DNA from: an uncultured Gammaproteobacteria bacterium
Lineage (GTDB): Bacteria; Patescibacteriota; Microgenomatia; PFEM01; CAYPPS01
Assembly (NCBI GenBank): GCA_964655765.1
Contig: CAZZNI010000001.1
Coordinates: 1-63,769, forward strand
DNA length: 63,769 bases
Reading direction: 5' to 3'
In this document: positions 1 through 8,666 of the stretch, piece by piece
Numbering within the stretch: the stretch's first letter is position 1
How the letters are laid out: the number at the start of each line of letters is the position of its first letter
The notes under the pieces: model-generated
What the model was told of the DNA's origin: nothing
Seen by the model: the letters and a program-made list of their open reading frames with translations, nothing else
Database searches by the model: none
Position numbers and translations under genes: made by a program

Positions 1-1
1 G

Positions 2-382
2 TATCTCCAGATTCGCAATGTCACCAATAATGAAAATGAATGTAATGAACCGGAGACATTAGTTGACACCAGTTGTGGTACTGACGCAATTGGCGCCGGA
101 CTGGGCGAACTCGGTAGCAAGTTAAACTTCAGGGTTTATCTTGATGATGTTTTGGTTTCAACCAGCAACCTAACAGAAACCGATATTCCAACGGTTAGAA
201 CCGCCTGGAACAACTTAACCCCTGTCGTTATCGAAGCAGGGCAAAGCGGTATCGTTCGGGTTGAATATTCAGCCGGGGAAAATGATTACGGTAATGAGAT
301 TCAGAGCGACAGCACTGAATTTGACATTAGATTTGATTTAGTTCAAGTAACTCAAGCTGCCCCGACACCTGGAACCGAGTAG
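2..382 (+). CDS. 3' part of a secreted protein, possibly TasA/camelysin-like (SipW-cognate). The reading frame is open to the left window edge.
   Basis: Frame 2 has no stop from nt 2 to the TAG at 380-382. It lies directly upstream of a SipW-type signal peptidase and a second similar ORF. The product call rests on context only. Confidence 0.35.
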   Translation, partial: YLQIRNVTNNENECNEPETLVDTSCGTDAIGAGLGELGSKLNFRVYLDDVLVSTSNLTETDIPTVRTAWNNLTPVVIEAGQSGIVRVEYSAGENDYGNEIQSDSTEFDIRFDLVQVTQAAPTPGTE

Positions 383-440
383 TGTTGATGTTTCAAAACA
401 GGGGGATCAAACCCCCTGTTTTGATTGTCTGAATTGAAAA

Positions 441-962
441 ATGGAAAATAAAAAAAATACCTTTCAGCTTTTTTTGAGCTTTTTTTCCTGGATATTTCTG
501 GGCGGTTTTGTAGTGGTTTTGTTATTTACCGCCACCAGCAATCTCAACTTCTTTGGCGGTTATAAATCTTTGATCGTTCAATCCGGCTCGATGGAACCGG
601 CAATTAAAACCGGCGATATCATCTTAATTAACAATGCCAATTACTACCAAATTAACGATGTTGTCACCTACACTGACGCTGAAAGCAACATCAATACCCA
701 CCGGATTATTGAAAATAAAAATGGTTTGGGGGGTGAGTTTATCACTAAAGGCGACGCCAACCGAGTCGAAGACAGTGAAAGCGTTTTTATCGACCAAATA
801 ATGGGGAAAGTAGTTTTAATTATTCCTAAACTGGGCTATTTTATTACTTTTGTTCGATCCCGAAATGGGCTAATAATCTTTGTTTACATCCCGGCGCTGT
901 TAATCATCGCCGATGAGGTTATAAAAATCGTCAATGCCAGCCGAAAAAAGAATATGCCGTGA
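441..962 (+). CDS. Signal peptidase I, SipW/archaeal type (S26B)
   Basis: N-terminal TM segment, then GSMEPAIKTGD (catalytic Ser box), THRII (His box) and KGDAN. Its TGA stop overlaps the GTG start of the next ORF (GTGA). Confidence 0.8.
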   Translation: MENKKNTFQLFLSFFSWIFLGGFVVVLLFTATSNLNFFGGYKSLIVQSGSMEPAIKTGDIILINNANYYQINDVVTYTDAESNINTHRIIENKNGLGGEFITKGDANRVEDSESVFIDQIMGKVVLIIPKLGYFITFVRSRNGLIIFVYIPALLIIADEVIKIVNASRKKNMP

Positions 963-1549
963 AAGTTGAAATCAAGACACTATTCAAGGCCATTTTTTTA
1001 ATAATTTTGGTTTTGACAATTGTTACTCAAACAACTTCCGCCGACCTTTTTGTAACTCAAATCGCCAGCGGCAATAAATTAACAACCACTACCTTGGATT
1101 TTTCCAACCGAGATTCGGCCACTAACAATTTAAACTCAATTCTTTTTAATGTTTCCGGTTTTGTTGCCGGCGGCTTTGAAGTAAAAGGAGTCAGGTTAAA
1201 AAAAGACGGACAAATGATTTTTAAATATCAAGCCACTGCCATTAAAACGGCCGGAGATGATTTGCTTTGCAATGCTTTAGTTTTAACCGTATTGAAAAAT
1301 TGGCAAATAAAATATCAGGGCAGTCTACTTGGCTTAGCTCTCGAATCTGAAATTAGCAATGGCAATTTTGATGATTGGGTCTTTCATCTTGGTCTGGAAA
1401 ATAACGATAGCAGTTTGACCAATAAAACTTGTGATTTTAATTTTGTCTTTAAAACTTACCGTGACAGCGCCGGTGAAGAACCAAGCGGTTTTTGGGACGA
1501 AGAGATACTTGGCAATCACATCTTAAGTGGAATTTGGCCATCAACTTAA
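959..1549 (+). CDS. TasA/camelysin-like secreted protein with an N-terminal signal anchor
   Basis: Signal-like N-terminus (LIILVLTIVTQTTSA). It is translationally coupled to the SipW-type peptidase. The family call is by operon context. Confidence 0.4.
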   Translation: MKVEIKTLFKAIFLIILVLTIVTQTTSADLFVTQIASGNKLTTTTLDFSNRDSATNNLNSILFNVSGFVAGGFEVKGVRLKKDGQMIFKYQATAIKTAGDDLLCNALVLTVLKNWQIKYQGSLLGLALESEISNGNFDDWVFHLGLENNDSSLTNKTCDFNFVFKTYRDSAGEEPSGFWDEEILGNHILSGIWPST

Positions 1550-1553
1550 ATTT

Positions 1554-3293
1554 TTATGAGAAAGTTAACGGTTCTTTTTCCTGCGGCGCTTTGGGTTTAA
1601 TTAATTCCAGTTTCTTGATTTTAAGCAATAATTTAGTTAACAAAGATAATTCTTCAACTTTTAATAAATAAGCCAGTAGCAAATAAAAACCCAAGCCAAC
1701 GCTGCCGACAAACAAGGTTAACAAAATTAAATTAAAGGTATAACGGGTATCCAAAACAAAATGGACAAAATCGGTCGGTAATCTTAAACCAACAAAATGC
1801 AGGAAGGAGAGTTGCTTACTCCACACCGAACGGTCCATAACTTTAAGCAAAAAAAACATCAAGCCACCGGCAAGACCGGAAATAATAAACAATCGGCTGA
1901 ATTTAAAAAACAATTGTTTTAACTTTAAATAAGCCAATTTTCTGCTTAATAACACCAACAGCAACAGGAATTGGAAAATTGAACTTAAAGAAAAAGCCAA
2001 ACTCAAACTCCAAACCGGTAAATGCAAACCCAAAACAAAACCAGCGGCTAACAAAATATTAATAAAGACTGTCAGGATAGAAATTTTAACCGGGGTTAGC
2101 GTGTCTTGCAGGGCGTAAAAGGTTCGAGTGATTAAATAGGTCAAGCCCTGGGAAAACAAGCCCAGACAAAAAGCGGTTAAGGCGTAACCGGTTTGAACCG
2201 TCGCCTGCCAGTCAAATTGGCTAGCACCAAAAACTAAACGAATAACCGGAATTCTTAAAACGGCCAGAAAAAAAGAAAAGGGCAGAAGAAAAAAGAGCAT
2301 TTGGCCGAAAAGACTGGTAAAAGTTTGTACTAATTGCTGTTCTTTTTTCTCGGCAAATTGAGCCGACAAAGTCGGTAAAGAAGCTTTAGCAACAGAAATT
2401 CCAAAAAGACCGAGCGGTAATAATTGCAACGAATTGGCAAAAGTAAAATAAGTGAAAGCGGCAGTTGAGATTAATGAGGCCAAAAACAGTTCGGCACTTT
2501 TACTCAATTGCGTCAAAGATAGTTCCAAAACTCGCGGCGCCGCCAATTTGGCAATTTTTCTTACTCCCGGATCTCGATAATTAAACTGTCGCTGCCAGGA
2601 AAAACCTAAAGAAATTGCCGCTGGCAGCTGAATCAACAGGTGCATTAAGGCCCCCAAAACAGCGCCAATCACTGGGGCGTAAATACCAAACCACGGAGCA
2701 AATAAAATTGTTCCCAAAATAATTCCTAAATTATAAAAAAGCGGCGCCAGCGCCGGGGCGACAAAGCGGCGCAACGATTCCAAAACAGCCGTTATAAAAT
2801 AACTAATAACAAAAAAGCCTTGAACTAAAAGTAATACTCTCGCCAAAGAAGTAATTAATGCCAACTGGTCAGCCGAATAACCAGGAGCAATCAAGCCGTA
2901 AATCGGCCGGGCAAAAATAAAAATTAAGCCGCCAAAAAAAAGAAAAAACAGCAAAGCAAAGTTAAGACAAACACTCGCCACATACCAGGCTTGACGCAAA
3001 TTTTTCCTGGCAATATAAGTGGTAAAAACCGGAATAAAAGCAGAAGAAAGCGCTCCAAAAATCAAAACCTCGAAAATAATATCCGGCAACCTAAAAGCGG
3101 CAAAATACACCGATAATGTTTCTGCGTCAAAGAAATGAGCCAAAACCCGGTTGCGAACTAAACCTAAAACTCTTGAAGCCGCTACCATCACCATGATAAT
3201 GGTGGCGGCGGAGAAAATTGATGTTTGACGGCGGGTCAAAATCGCCGAATGATGATTCAGTTTTTCAATTAATTTTAAAAACATAAAGATCAA
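1554..3293 (-). CDS. murJ: Lipid II flippase MurJ/MviN
   Basis: 579 aa, polytopic. The N-terminal signature is AATIIMVMVAASRVLGLVRNRVLAHFFDAETLSVYFAAFRLPDIIFEVLIFGALSSAFIPVF. Confidence 0.9.
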   Translation of the reverse strand: MIFMFLKLIEKLNHHSAILTRRQTSIFSAATIIMVMVAASRVLGLVRNRVLAHFFDAETLSVYFAAFRLPDIIFEVLIFGALSSAFIPVFTTYIARKNLRQAWYVASVCLNFALLFFLFFGGLIFIFARPIYGLIAPGYSADQLALITSLARVLLLVQGFFVISYFITAVLESLRRFVAPALAPLFYNLGIILGTILFAPWFGIYAPVIGAVLGALMHLLIQLPAAISLGFSWQRQFNYRDPGVRKIAKLAAPRVLELSLTQLSKSAELFLASLISTAAFTYFTFANSLQLLPLGLFGISVAKASLPTLSAQFAEKKEQQLVQTFTSLFGQMLFFLLPFSFFLAVLRIPVIRLVFGASQFDWQATVQTGYALTAFCLGLFSQGLTYLITRTFYALQDTLTPVKISILTVFINILLAAGFVLGLHLPVWSLSLAFSLSSIFQFLLLLVLLSRKLAYLKLKQLFFKFSRLFIISGLAGGLMFFLLKVMDRSVWSKQLSFLHFVGLRLPTDFVHFVLDTRYTFNLILLTLFVGSVGLGFYLLLAYLLKVEELSLLTKLLLKIKKLELIKPKAPQEKEPLTFS

Positions 3294-3298
3294 AAGAC

Positions 3299-3327
3299 TT
3301 GATTAACCAATTATAGCCTGATAGAAT
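3299..3327 (+). promoter_or_regulatory. Sigma70-like promoter for rpsT
   Basis: TTGATT (3299-3304), a 17-nt spacer, then TAGAAT (3322-3327), about 39 nt upstream of the rpsT ATG. Confidence 0.5.
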
Positions 3328-3365
3328 CACTTTACCAACAACAATTTATCTGAAATTAATTTAAA

Positions 3366-3674
3366 ATGCCAGTCACAAAATCAGCCAAAAAAGCTCTGTC
3401 CAGAGATCGAAGACGAACGGTAATCAATTTGAGGATTAAAAGAAAATTGAAAGCCAGCGTTAAAAAAATGCGCACCAGTCCTTCGGCCGATAACTTAAAA
3501 GAGGTTTACCAGGGTTTGGACCGAGCCGCCAAGAAAAAATATATCCACCGCAAAAAAGCCGACCGGTTGAAATCAAGACTGGCTAGGTTATTAGCCAATC
3601 ACAATAAAGAAAAACAGCCAGTTAAAAAGACGGCCAAACTTAAACCAAAAACTAGTAAAAAAACTAGTAAATAA
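3366..3674 (+). CDS. rpsT: 30S ribosomal protein S20
   Basis: MPVTKSAKKALSRDRRRTVINLRIKRKLKASVKK is a typical S20 N-terminus. The protein is small and highly basic. Confidence 0.85.
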   Translation: MPVTKSAKKALSRDRRRTVINLRIKRKLKASVKKMRTSPSADNLKEVYQGLDRAAKKKYIHRKKADRLKSRLARLLANHNKEKQPVKKTAKLKPKTSKKTSK

Positions 3675-3740
3675 TCTTCAACCTAAGCAAATCAACTTTA
3701 CAAATCCAGCTAGCCTGCCTATACTATTTTTAAGTAAGCA

Positions 3741-4286
3741 ATGGCTGCCCGAAAAAAAACAATCGAGTTTCTACCGCAAGAAGACTGGGAAAAATCGGCT
3801 CTTGGTAAAATTTTAAAATGGGCCTTAAAAACCGGCCGTTATGTGGTTATTTTCACTGAATTAATCGTCGTTATGGCACTGCTGTCCCGTTTTAAGCTTG
3901 ATCGCGATTTAACTGATCTTAACGAAAAGATCGCTCAATACCAGGCGATGATTGATGCTAGCGGCGAGTTTGAAAACCAATTTCGCTTTTTACAAGCTAA
4001 AACTGACCAGATTAATAAATTAGAACAGCAACGCGGTGTTCTTAACCAGTTATTAGTTACTCTAAGCCAAATTACCCCAATTAATGTCAGTCTAAATATT
4101 CTCAATATTGAAGGCGGCAAAATCAGCTTGCAAGCTCAAGCCCTGCAAAGCAATGGAGTAGAAACTTTCATCACCAATCTGGAACAAAATCCAAATTTTA
4201 GTCAAATCCGCTTATCTGAACTTGGCAGTGACGAAAAGAGTCAATTAATTAATTTCCGGCTGGACTGGCAAACCGGCAGTAAGTAA
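3741..4286 (+). CDS. PilN-like type IV pilus assembly protein (tentative)
   Basis: Short cytoplasmic N-terminus with an EFLPQE motif (compare the INLLP motif of PilN), a single TM, then a coiled-coil periplasmic part. Followed by a PilO-like ORF. Confidence 0.35.
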   Translation: MAARKKTIEFLPQEDWEKSALGKILKWALKTGRYVVIFTELIVVMALLSRFKLDRDLTDLNEKIAQYQAMIDASGEFENQFRFLQAKTDQINKLEQQRGVLNQLLVTLSQITPINVSLNILNIEGGKISLQAQALQSNGVETFITNLEQNPNFSQIRLSELGSDEKSQLINFRLDWQTGSK

Positions 4287-4290
4287 AATT

Positions 4291-4920
4291 ATGGCCCAGA
4301 TCGGCAAAGGCGATTATTCTCGCTACCAACATTATTTTGTCAATAACTTAAGCCGTTTTTACAAAGGTAAAAAGAGCCGTGTTTACAGCGGGGCAATTTT
4401 AACCTTAATCACGATATCTTTTTTTGCCTTTTTCGCCTTAAAGCCAACCGCCAGTACGATTGCCGGTTTACTAAAAAAAATTGACGATCAAAAAAAAGTT
4501 GCCGACAGCTTGGAGACTAAAATTAACGCTCTTTCCCAGGCTCAAGAACAATACAACGCCATTAGCAGCAAAATTTATCTACTTGACCAAGCCTTACCCC
4601 CGGACAGTCAGTTTGACCAACTGACCCAACAAATCGAACTGGCCCATCGACAAACAAAAGTTAAAATGGTTGACTTAAAATTCAGCAAAATAGAACTGTG
4701 GGGACAGGAAAATGATCAACTCGGTCAGGTTGAATTTTCACTGGTTACCCAAGGTGAATATCATCAATTAAAACAACTGCTCGAACTACTGCCAAAATTA
4801 AGACGAATTATTCAAGTTAATAAATTTGCTTTCCAAAAAAGCCGTGATCAAGACCAGCAAGATATTTTAACCCTAGCAGTTTCCGGCCAAGCTTTTTATT
4901 TAAACAGTTTAAAAAAATAA
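4291..4920 (+). CDS. PilO-like pilus assembly protein (tentative)
   Basis: Single TM (ILTLITISFFAFFAL) followed by a coiled coil. Adjacent to the PilN-like ORF. Confidence 0.35.
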   Translation: MAQIGKGDYSRYQHYFVNNLSRFYKGKKSRVYSGAILTLITISFFAFFALKPTASTIAGLLKKIDDQKKVADSLETKINALSQAQEQYNAISSKIYLLDQALPPDSQFDQLTQQIELAHRQTKVKMVDLKFSKIELWGQENDQLGQVEFSLVTQGEYHQLKQLLELLPKLRRIIQVNKFAFQKSRDQDQQDILTLAVSGQAFYLNSLKK

Positions 4921-4923
4921 CAA

Positions 4924-5250
4924 ATGGCAATTAAGACCGCTTCTAGTTTTAGTAAAAATTTATTTCTAATCGCCCTGATCACAATGGTAACTGTCTTTTT
5001 GTGGATTGGGCTGGAAGTTGTAAGAACCAGTAAAAAGACCACCATCCCCCAACCAACTCAAAATCAAATGCGGCCGCTGAACAGTAAAATTGATCCGGCT
5101 GTTTTTTCTCTGCTTGAGGAAAAAATTGCTCCTTCAAAAGAAGAATTATCAATCCTTCTTCAAAGCCAACCAGCTGCCAACCAACCGTCAACTGACTCTA
5201 GTAAGATAAGCACAGAAAGTGGTAGTTTAGATAGTAGACAAGAAGAATGA
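4924..5250 (+). CDS. Small single-pass membrane protein, unknown function
   Basis: N-terminal TM (LFLIALITMVTVFLWIGL). The 4-nt ATGA overlap with the next ORF suggests co-translation in the same operon. Confidence 0.4.
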   Translation: MAIKTASSFSKNLFLIALITMVTVFLWIGLEVVRTSKKTTIPQPTQNQMRPLNSKIDPAVFSLLEEKIAPSKEELSILLQSQPAANQPSTDSSKISTESGSLDSRQEE

Positions 5251-6620
5251 AAATAAAATTTAAGCAGGTAAAAATACCTACTTTAGTGGGTTTAATTGTG
5301 TTGTTGGCCGGTATCGCCGCCGGAGTTTATTTTATTCAACAAAGCCCTAACTGGTTACTGCGCGCCTCACCAGAAAGCAAGCCAAAACAAGTTAAAATAA
5401 CCAATATAACTGATGGTAGCTTTGCGGTTTCCTGGGTTACTGACGAAGCCACCAGCGGTTTTGTTAAATATTCCACTGACAGCAGCTTTGATTTAGTTGC
5501 CAAAGATGACCGCGACCAGTTAAGCGGTAAAACTAATAATTACAAAACCCATCATGTTACCGTTAAGGGTTTAACCCCGCAAAGCCGTTACCAGTTTAAA
5601 ATCGGCAGTGGTCGAAGTATTTTTGACAACAACGGCCAACCATTCGACACCACCACCGCCCCCAAACTGTCCCAAGCTGAACCGGCCAGTGATGTCGCCT
5701 ATGGTAATGTTGTTAACCAAAACGACCAACCAGTGGAAGGGGCAATTGTTTACTTGTCACTAAACGGGGCCACACCCCTTTCAACCATTAGTAAATCATC
5801 TGGTAACTGGGTGATCCCCCTAAACACTGCCCGCTCAGAAGACTTAAATAATTTTGCCACTTACGATAAAAGCGCTTCAATTGAAGATATTTTTGTCCAA
5901 GCGGCCGACAGCGGTTTTGCCACCGCGATTGCCACCACTGGTAACGATAACCCATTGCCAACAATCAAACTAGGCAATAACCACGATTTTAGAACCACCG
6001 GCGGCAGTAATAACACGGAAAATCCAATTGGCCAAATGCTAGAAGAGCAAAACCCGCCCGATATTGAACTCGATGGTTTAACCAGTAATGATAGCCAAGA
6101 AACAAATTTTGACAATCAACAACTAACTATTATCAATCCCAGCCAAGATGAAAACCTAAATACACAACGACCAGAATTTTTAGGCACCGCACCAGCCAAA
6201 CAAACATTAACCATCACCGTTGAATCAGAACCGGTTTATACCGGCACTGTTCAAGTCGACGAAAACGGCAACTGGTCGTGGGAGCCGCCGGCTGATCTTG
6301 AACCGGGCGACCACACAATTACCGTTTCAATGGCTGACGGTACAACCGAAAGTAAAACTTTTACTGTCTTAGCCCAGGGAGACAGCTCGCTACCAGCTTT
6401 AACCGCAACCCCATCGGCTCAAATCAGCCCAACGCCAACTATTATGCCAACCAGCTCACCAACCCCAACTCCAACCGCAATTGCCAGCCGATCCTCAATG
6501 CCAGCCACTACTAGCGGTGTCCCAACCAGTGGCATTCTAACCCCAACCTTAACCCTTATTGTTATCGGGCTAGGCTTAATTAGTTTTTCTGTAGTTGGCA
6601 AAAGGATATTTCTACTTTAA
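5247..6620 (+). CDS. Cell-surface protein with FN3-like and Ig-like domains, a Pro/Thr linker and a C-terminal PxTG-type sorting signal
   Basis: The FN3/PAP-N-like segment is ITNITDGSFAVSWVTDEATSGFVKYSTDSS...HHVTVKGLTPQSRYQFKIGSG. The TPTPT linker is followed by a VPTSG + hydrophobic + KR tail. Confidence 0.6.
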   Translation: MKIKFKQVKIPTLVGLIVLLAGIAAGVYFIQQSPNWLLRASPESKPKQVKITNITDGSFAVSWVTDEATSGFVKYSTDSSFDLVAKDDRDQLSGKTNNYKTHHVTVKGLTPQSRYQFKIGSGRSIFDNNGQPFDTTTAPKLSQAEPASDVAYGNVVNQNDQPVEGAIVYLSLNGATPLSTISKSSGNWVIPLNTARSEDLNNFATYDKSASIEDIFVQAADSGFATAIATTGNDNPLPTIKLGNNHDFRTTGGSNNTENPIGQMLEEQNPPDIELDGLTSNDSQETNFDNQQLTIINPSQDENLNTQRPEFLGTAPAKQTLTITVESEPVYTGTVQVDENGNWSWEPPADLEPGDHTITVSMADGTTESKTFTVLAQGDSSLPALTATPSAQISPTPTIMPTSSPTPTPTAIASRSSMPATTSGVPTSGILTPTLTLIVIGLGLISFSVVGKRIFLL

Positions 6621-6638
6621 AGTAAGGTAAGACTGAAA

Positions 6639-7424
6639 ATGGAAGAAAAAATTGAAATCGGCAGTCTAAGACAAACAAACCCGGCGGCGGCCAGTAACGA
6701 AACACCGCCTTCACCGCCTATTAATCCCCAACCAAAGGCACCTCAAACTCCGATTGCACCAATGTTGATTGCCGGTTTGGCCTGTTTGTCATTACTAACC
6801 TTAACCTTTTTTGCCGGTAGACAGTTTTTAGGACCGCTGATAAAACCGGTCCCTACAGAAAAATCAGAAAAAATTGAACCTGAACAACCCGAATCGTTGC
6901 CAGAGATTTACTCTGTTGAAGAAAATGACCAACCCTGCAGTCTTGAATTTACTGTCACCGGCTTACCTACCCCGACCGACACACCAACGGTAACGCCAAC
7001 ACCAATCCCCTCTAATAGCCCAACACCAACTCCAACACCACCAGTGATAGTTAACTGTTGGGAGCCTTGCCAGAGCAATAGCGACTGTCCTGACGATTTA
7101 CTTTGTCTTTATGTTGACAGCCAAGAAGACTACCTTTGCGCCAACAGCGATTGCCCAAACGAAGAAAGCTGTACTTGCCCAGGCCCAACTAACAGCCCAA
7201 CGCCGACTAATTCACCAACGCCGATACCAACCAGCTCACCAACCCCAACCCCAACCACACCGCCAAGCGCCAGTGCTACACCAATACCGACCACCCCTCC
7301 GGTTGGCCAAGGCCCAACGCCGACTCCAATTACGCTGGAACAGGCCGGCTTAAGTTTACCGACTATCGGTGTCGCCGGTGGCGGCCTGCTGTTGCTATTA
7401 ACCTCGCTACTGTTCTTGCTCTAG
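6639..7424 (+). CDS. Pro/Thr-rich, Cys-rich surface protein with a C-terminal hydrophobic anchor
   Basis: TM near the N-terminus, PTPTP linkers, and a Cys-rich block (CWEPCQSNSDCPDDLLCLY...CANSDCPNEESCTC). The C-terminus is LPTIG plus a hydrophobic tail. Confidence 0.5.
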   Translation: MEEKIEIGSLRQTNPAAASNETPPSPPINPQPKAPQTPIAPMLIAGLACLSLLTLTFFAGRQFLGPLIKPVPTEKSEKIEPEQPESLPEIYSVEENDQPCSLEFTVTGLPTPTDTPTVTPTPIPSNSPTPTPTPPVIVNCWEPCQSNSDCPDDLLCLYVDSQEDYLCANSDCPNEESCTCPGPTNSPTPTNSPTPIPTSSPTPTPTTPPSASATPIPTTPPVGQGPTPTPITLEQAGLSLPTIGVAGGGLLLLLTSLLFLL

Positions 7425-7448
7425 AAAACAACATGCTAGAATCAAGCA

Positions 7449-8666
7449 ATGAGAAACAAAAAAATCGCTGTCATTGGCGGTGGCTTAACCGGCTTAACTG
7501 CAGCTTACTGTTTAACTAAAAGAAATTTTGATGTCACTATTTTTGAAAAAGAAGACCACCTAGGCGGCCTGGCGGCAACTTTTAAAGACAAAAACTGGAA
7601 GTGGCCATTGGAAATTTTCTTTCACCATCTTTTTACTTCAGACCACCAAGCTAAAAATTTAATCAATGAGTTAGGACTAGGAAACAAGCTTTTTTTTAAA
7701 AAATCGCCATCATCGATTTTTTACGGTAATCGGATTTATCGCTTTGATTCAGCCATGTCGGTTTTAAAATTTTCTCCGTTAACTTTTTTTAACCGCCTAA
7801 GAACCGGGCTGGCAACAGTATCGATAAAGACTTTTTTACCTTGGCAGATAATAGAAAATAAACCAGCCAATATCTTTTCAAAACAATTCTTCGGCCAACA
7901 AGTCAGTCAGATCTTGTGGCAGCCATTATTAAAAGGGAAATTCGGTTCTCATCAGCAAACAATTTCCGCTGCCTGGTTTTGGGCTAGGATAAAAAAAAGA
8001 AGCTCCAAGCTTGGCTATCTTGAAGGTAGTTTTCAGGTCTTAATTGACAAGCTGGAAAAAGAAATTAAACGCAATAAAGGCCAAATTAAACTTAATCAGG
8101 AAATTAAATCATTAAACCAATTAAAAAACTTTGACAACATTATTATTACCACCGCCGGCCAGTTGTTTGACAAAAAACAATCTTGGCCAAAAATGATCGG
8201 AGCGATTAATCTGGTCTTGTCGTTAAAAAAACCATTTTTTAACGACGGCACTTATTGGCTGAACATCAACGACAACGATTTCCCTTTTATTGCCGTTGTT
8301 GAACAGACTAATTTTGTTGATCAAAAAAACTATAATCAAAACAGCCTGCTTTATCTGGGCGGTTATTACCCTTCTGGCCACCCTTTTTTCAAGTACAACC
8401 AACAGCAACTATTAAAAAAATTCCTGCCGTTTCTCAAAAGAATCAACCCTGAGTTTAAGCTCAACAATAATCTTAATGAAGTTTTTATTTTTAAAAAACC
8501 TTATGCCCAGCCAATTATGCCGACCGGCTACAGTCGGATTTTGAATCAATTGCAAAAACAAAATGGCAAATCGGTCATTGCCAACATGCAGTTAATTTAC
8601 CCTTATGACCGAGGGATTAATTATGCGATTAAAATTGGCCAAGAAGCGGCCGGAAAAATTAATTAA
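7449..8666 (+). CDS. FAD/NAD(P)-binding oxidoreductase (amine oxidase / protoporphyrinogen oxidase-like fold)
   Basis: The N-terminal dinucleotide-binding motif is KIAVIGGGLTGLTAAYCL...FEKEDHLGGLA. Confidence 0.7.
   Translation: MRNKKIAVIGGGLTGLTAAYCLTKRNFDVTIFEKEDHLGGLAATFKDKNWKWPLEIFFHHLFTSDHQAKNLINELGLGNKLFFKKSPSSIFYGNRIYRFDSAMSVLKFSPLTFFNRLRTGLATVSIKTFLPWQIIENKPANIFSKQFFGQQVSQILWQPLLKGKFGSHQQTISAAWFWARIKKRSSKLGYLEGSFQVLIDKLEKEIKRNKGQIKLNQEIKSLNQLKNFDNIIITTAGQLFDKKQSWPKMIGAINLVLSLKKPFFNDGTYWLNINDNDFPFIAVVEQTNFVDQKNYNQNSLLYLGGYYPSGHPFFKYNQQQLLKKFLPFLKRINPEFKLNNNLNEVFIFKKPYAQPIMPTGYSRILNQLQKQNGKSVIANMQLIYPYDRGINYAIKIGQEAAGKIN

Noticed and set aside
7111-7353. An 80-aa ORF overlapping the Pro/Thr-rich surface protein in another frame.
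   Set aside because: It arises from the repetitive CCAAC(A/G)CC coding of the PTPTP linkers, and it is fully nested within the longer, signal-bearing ORF.
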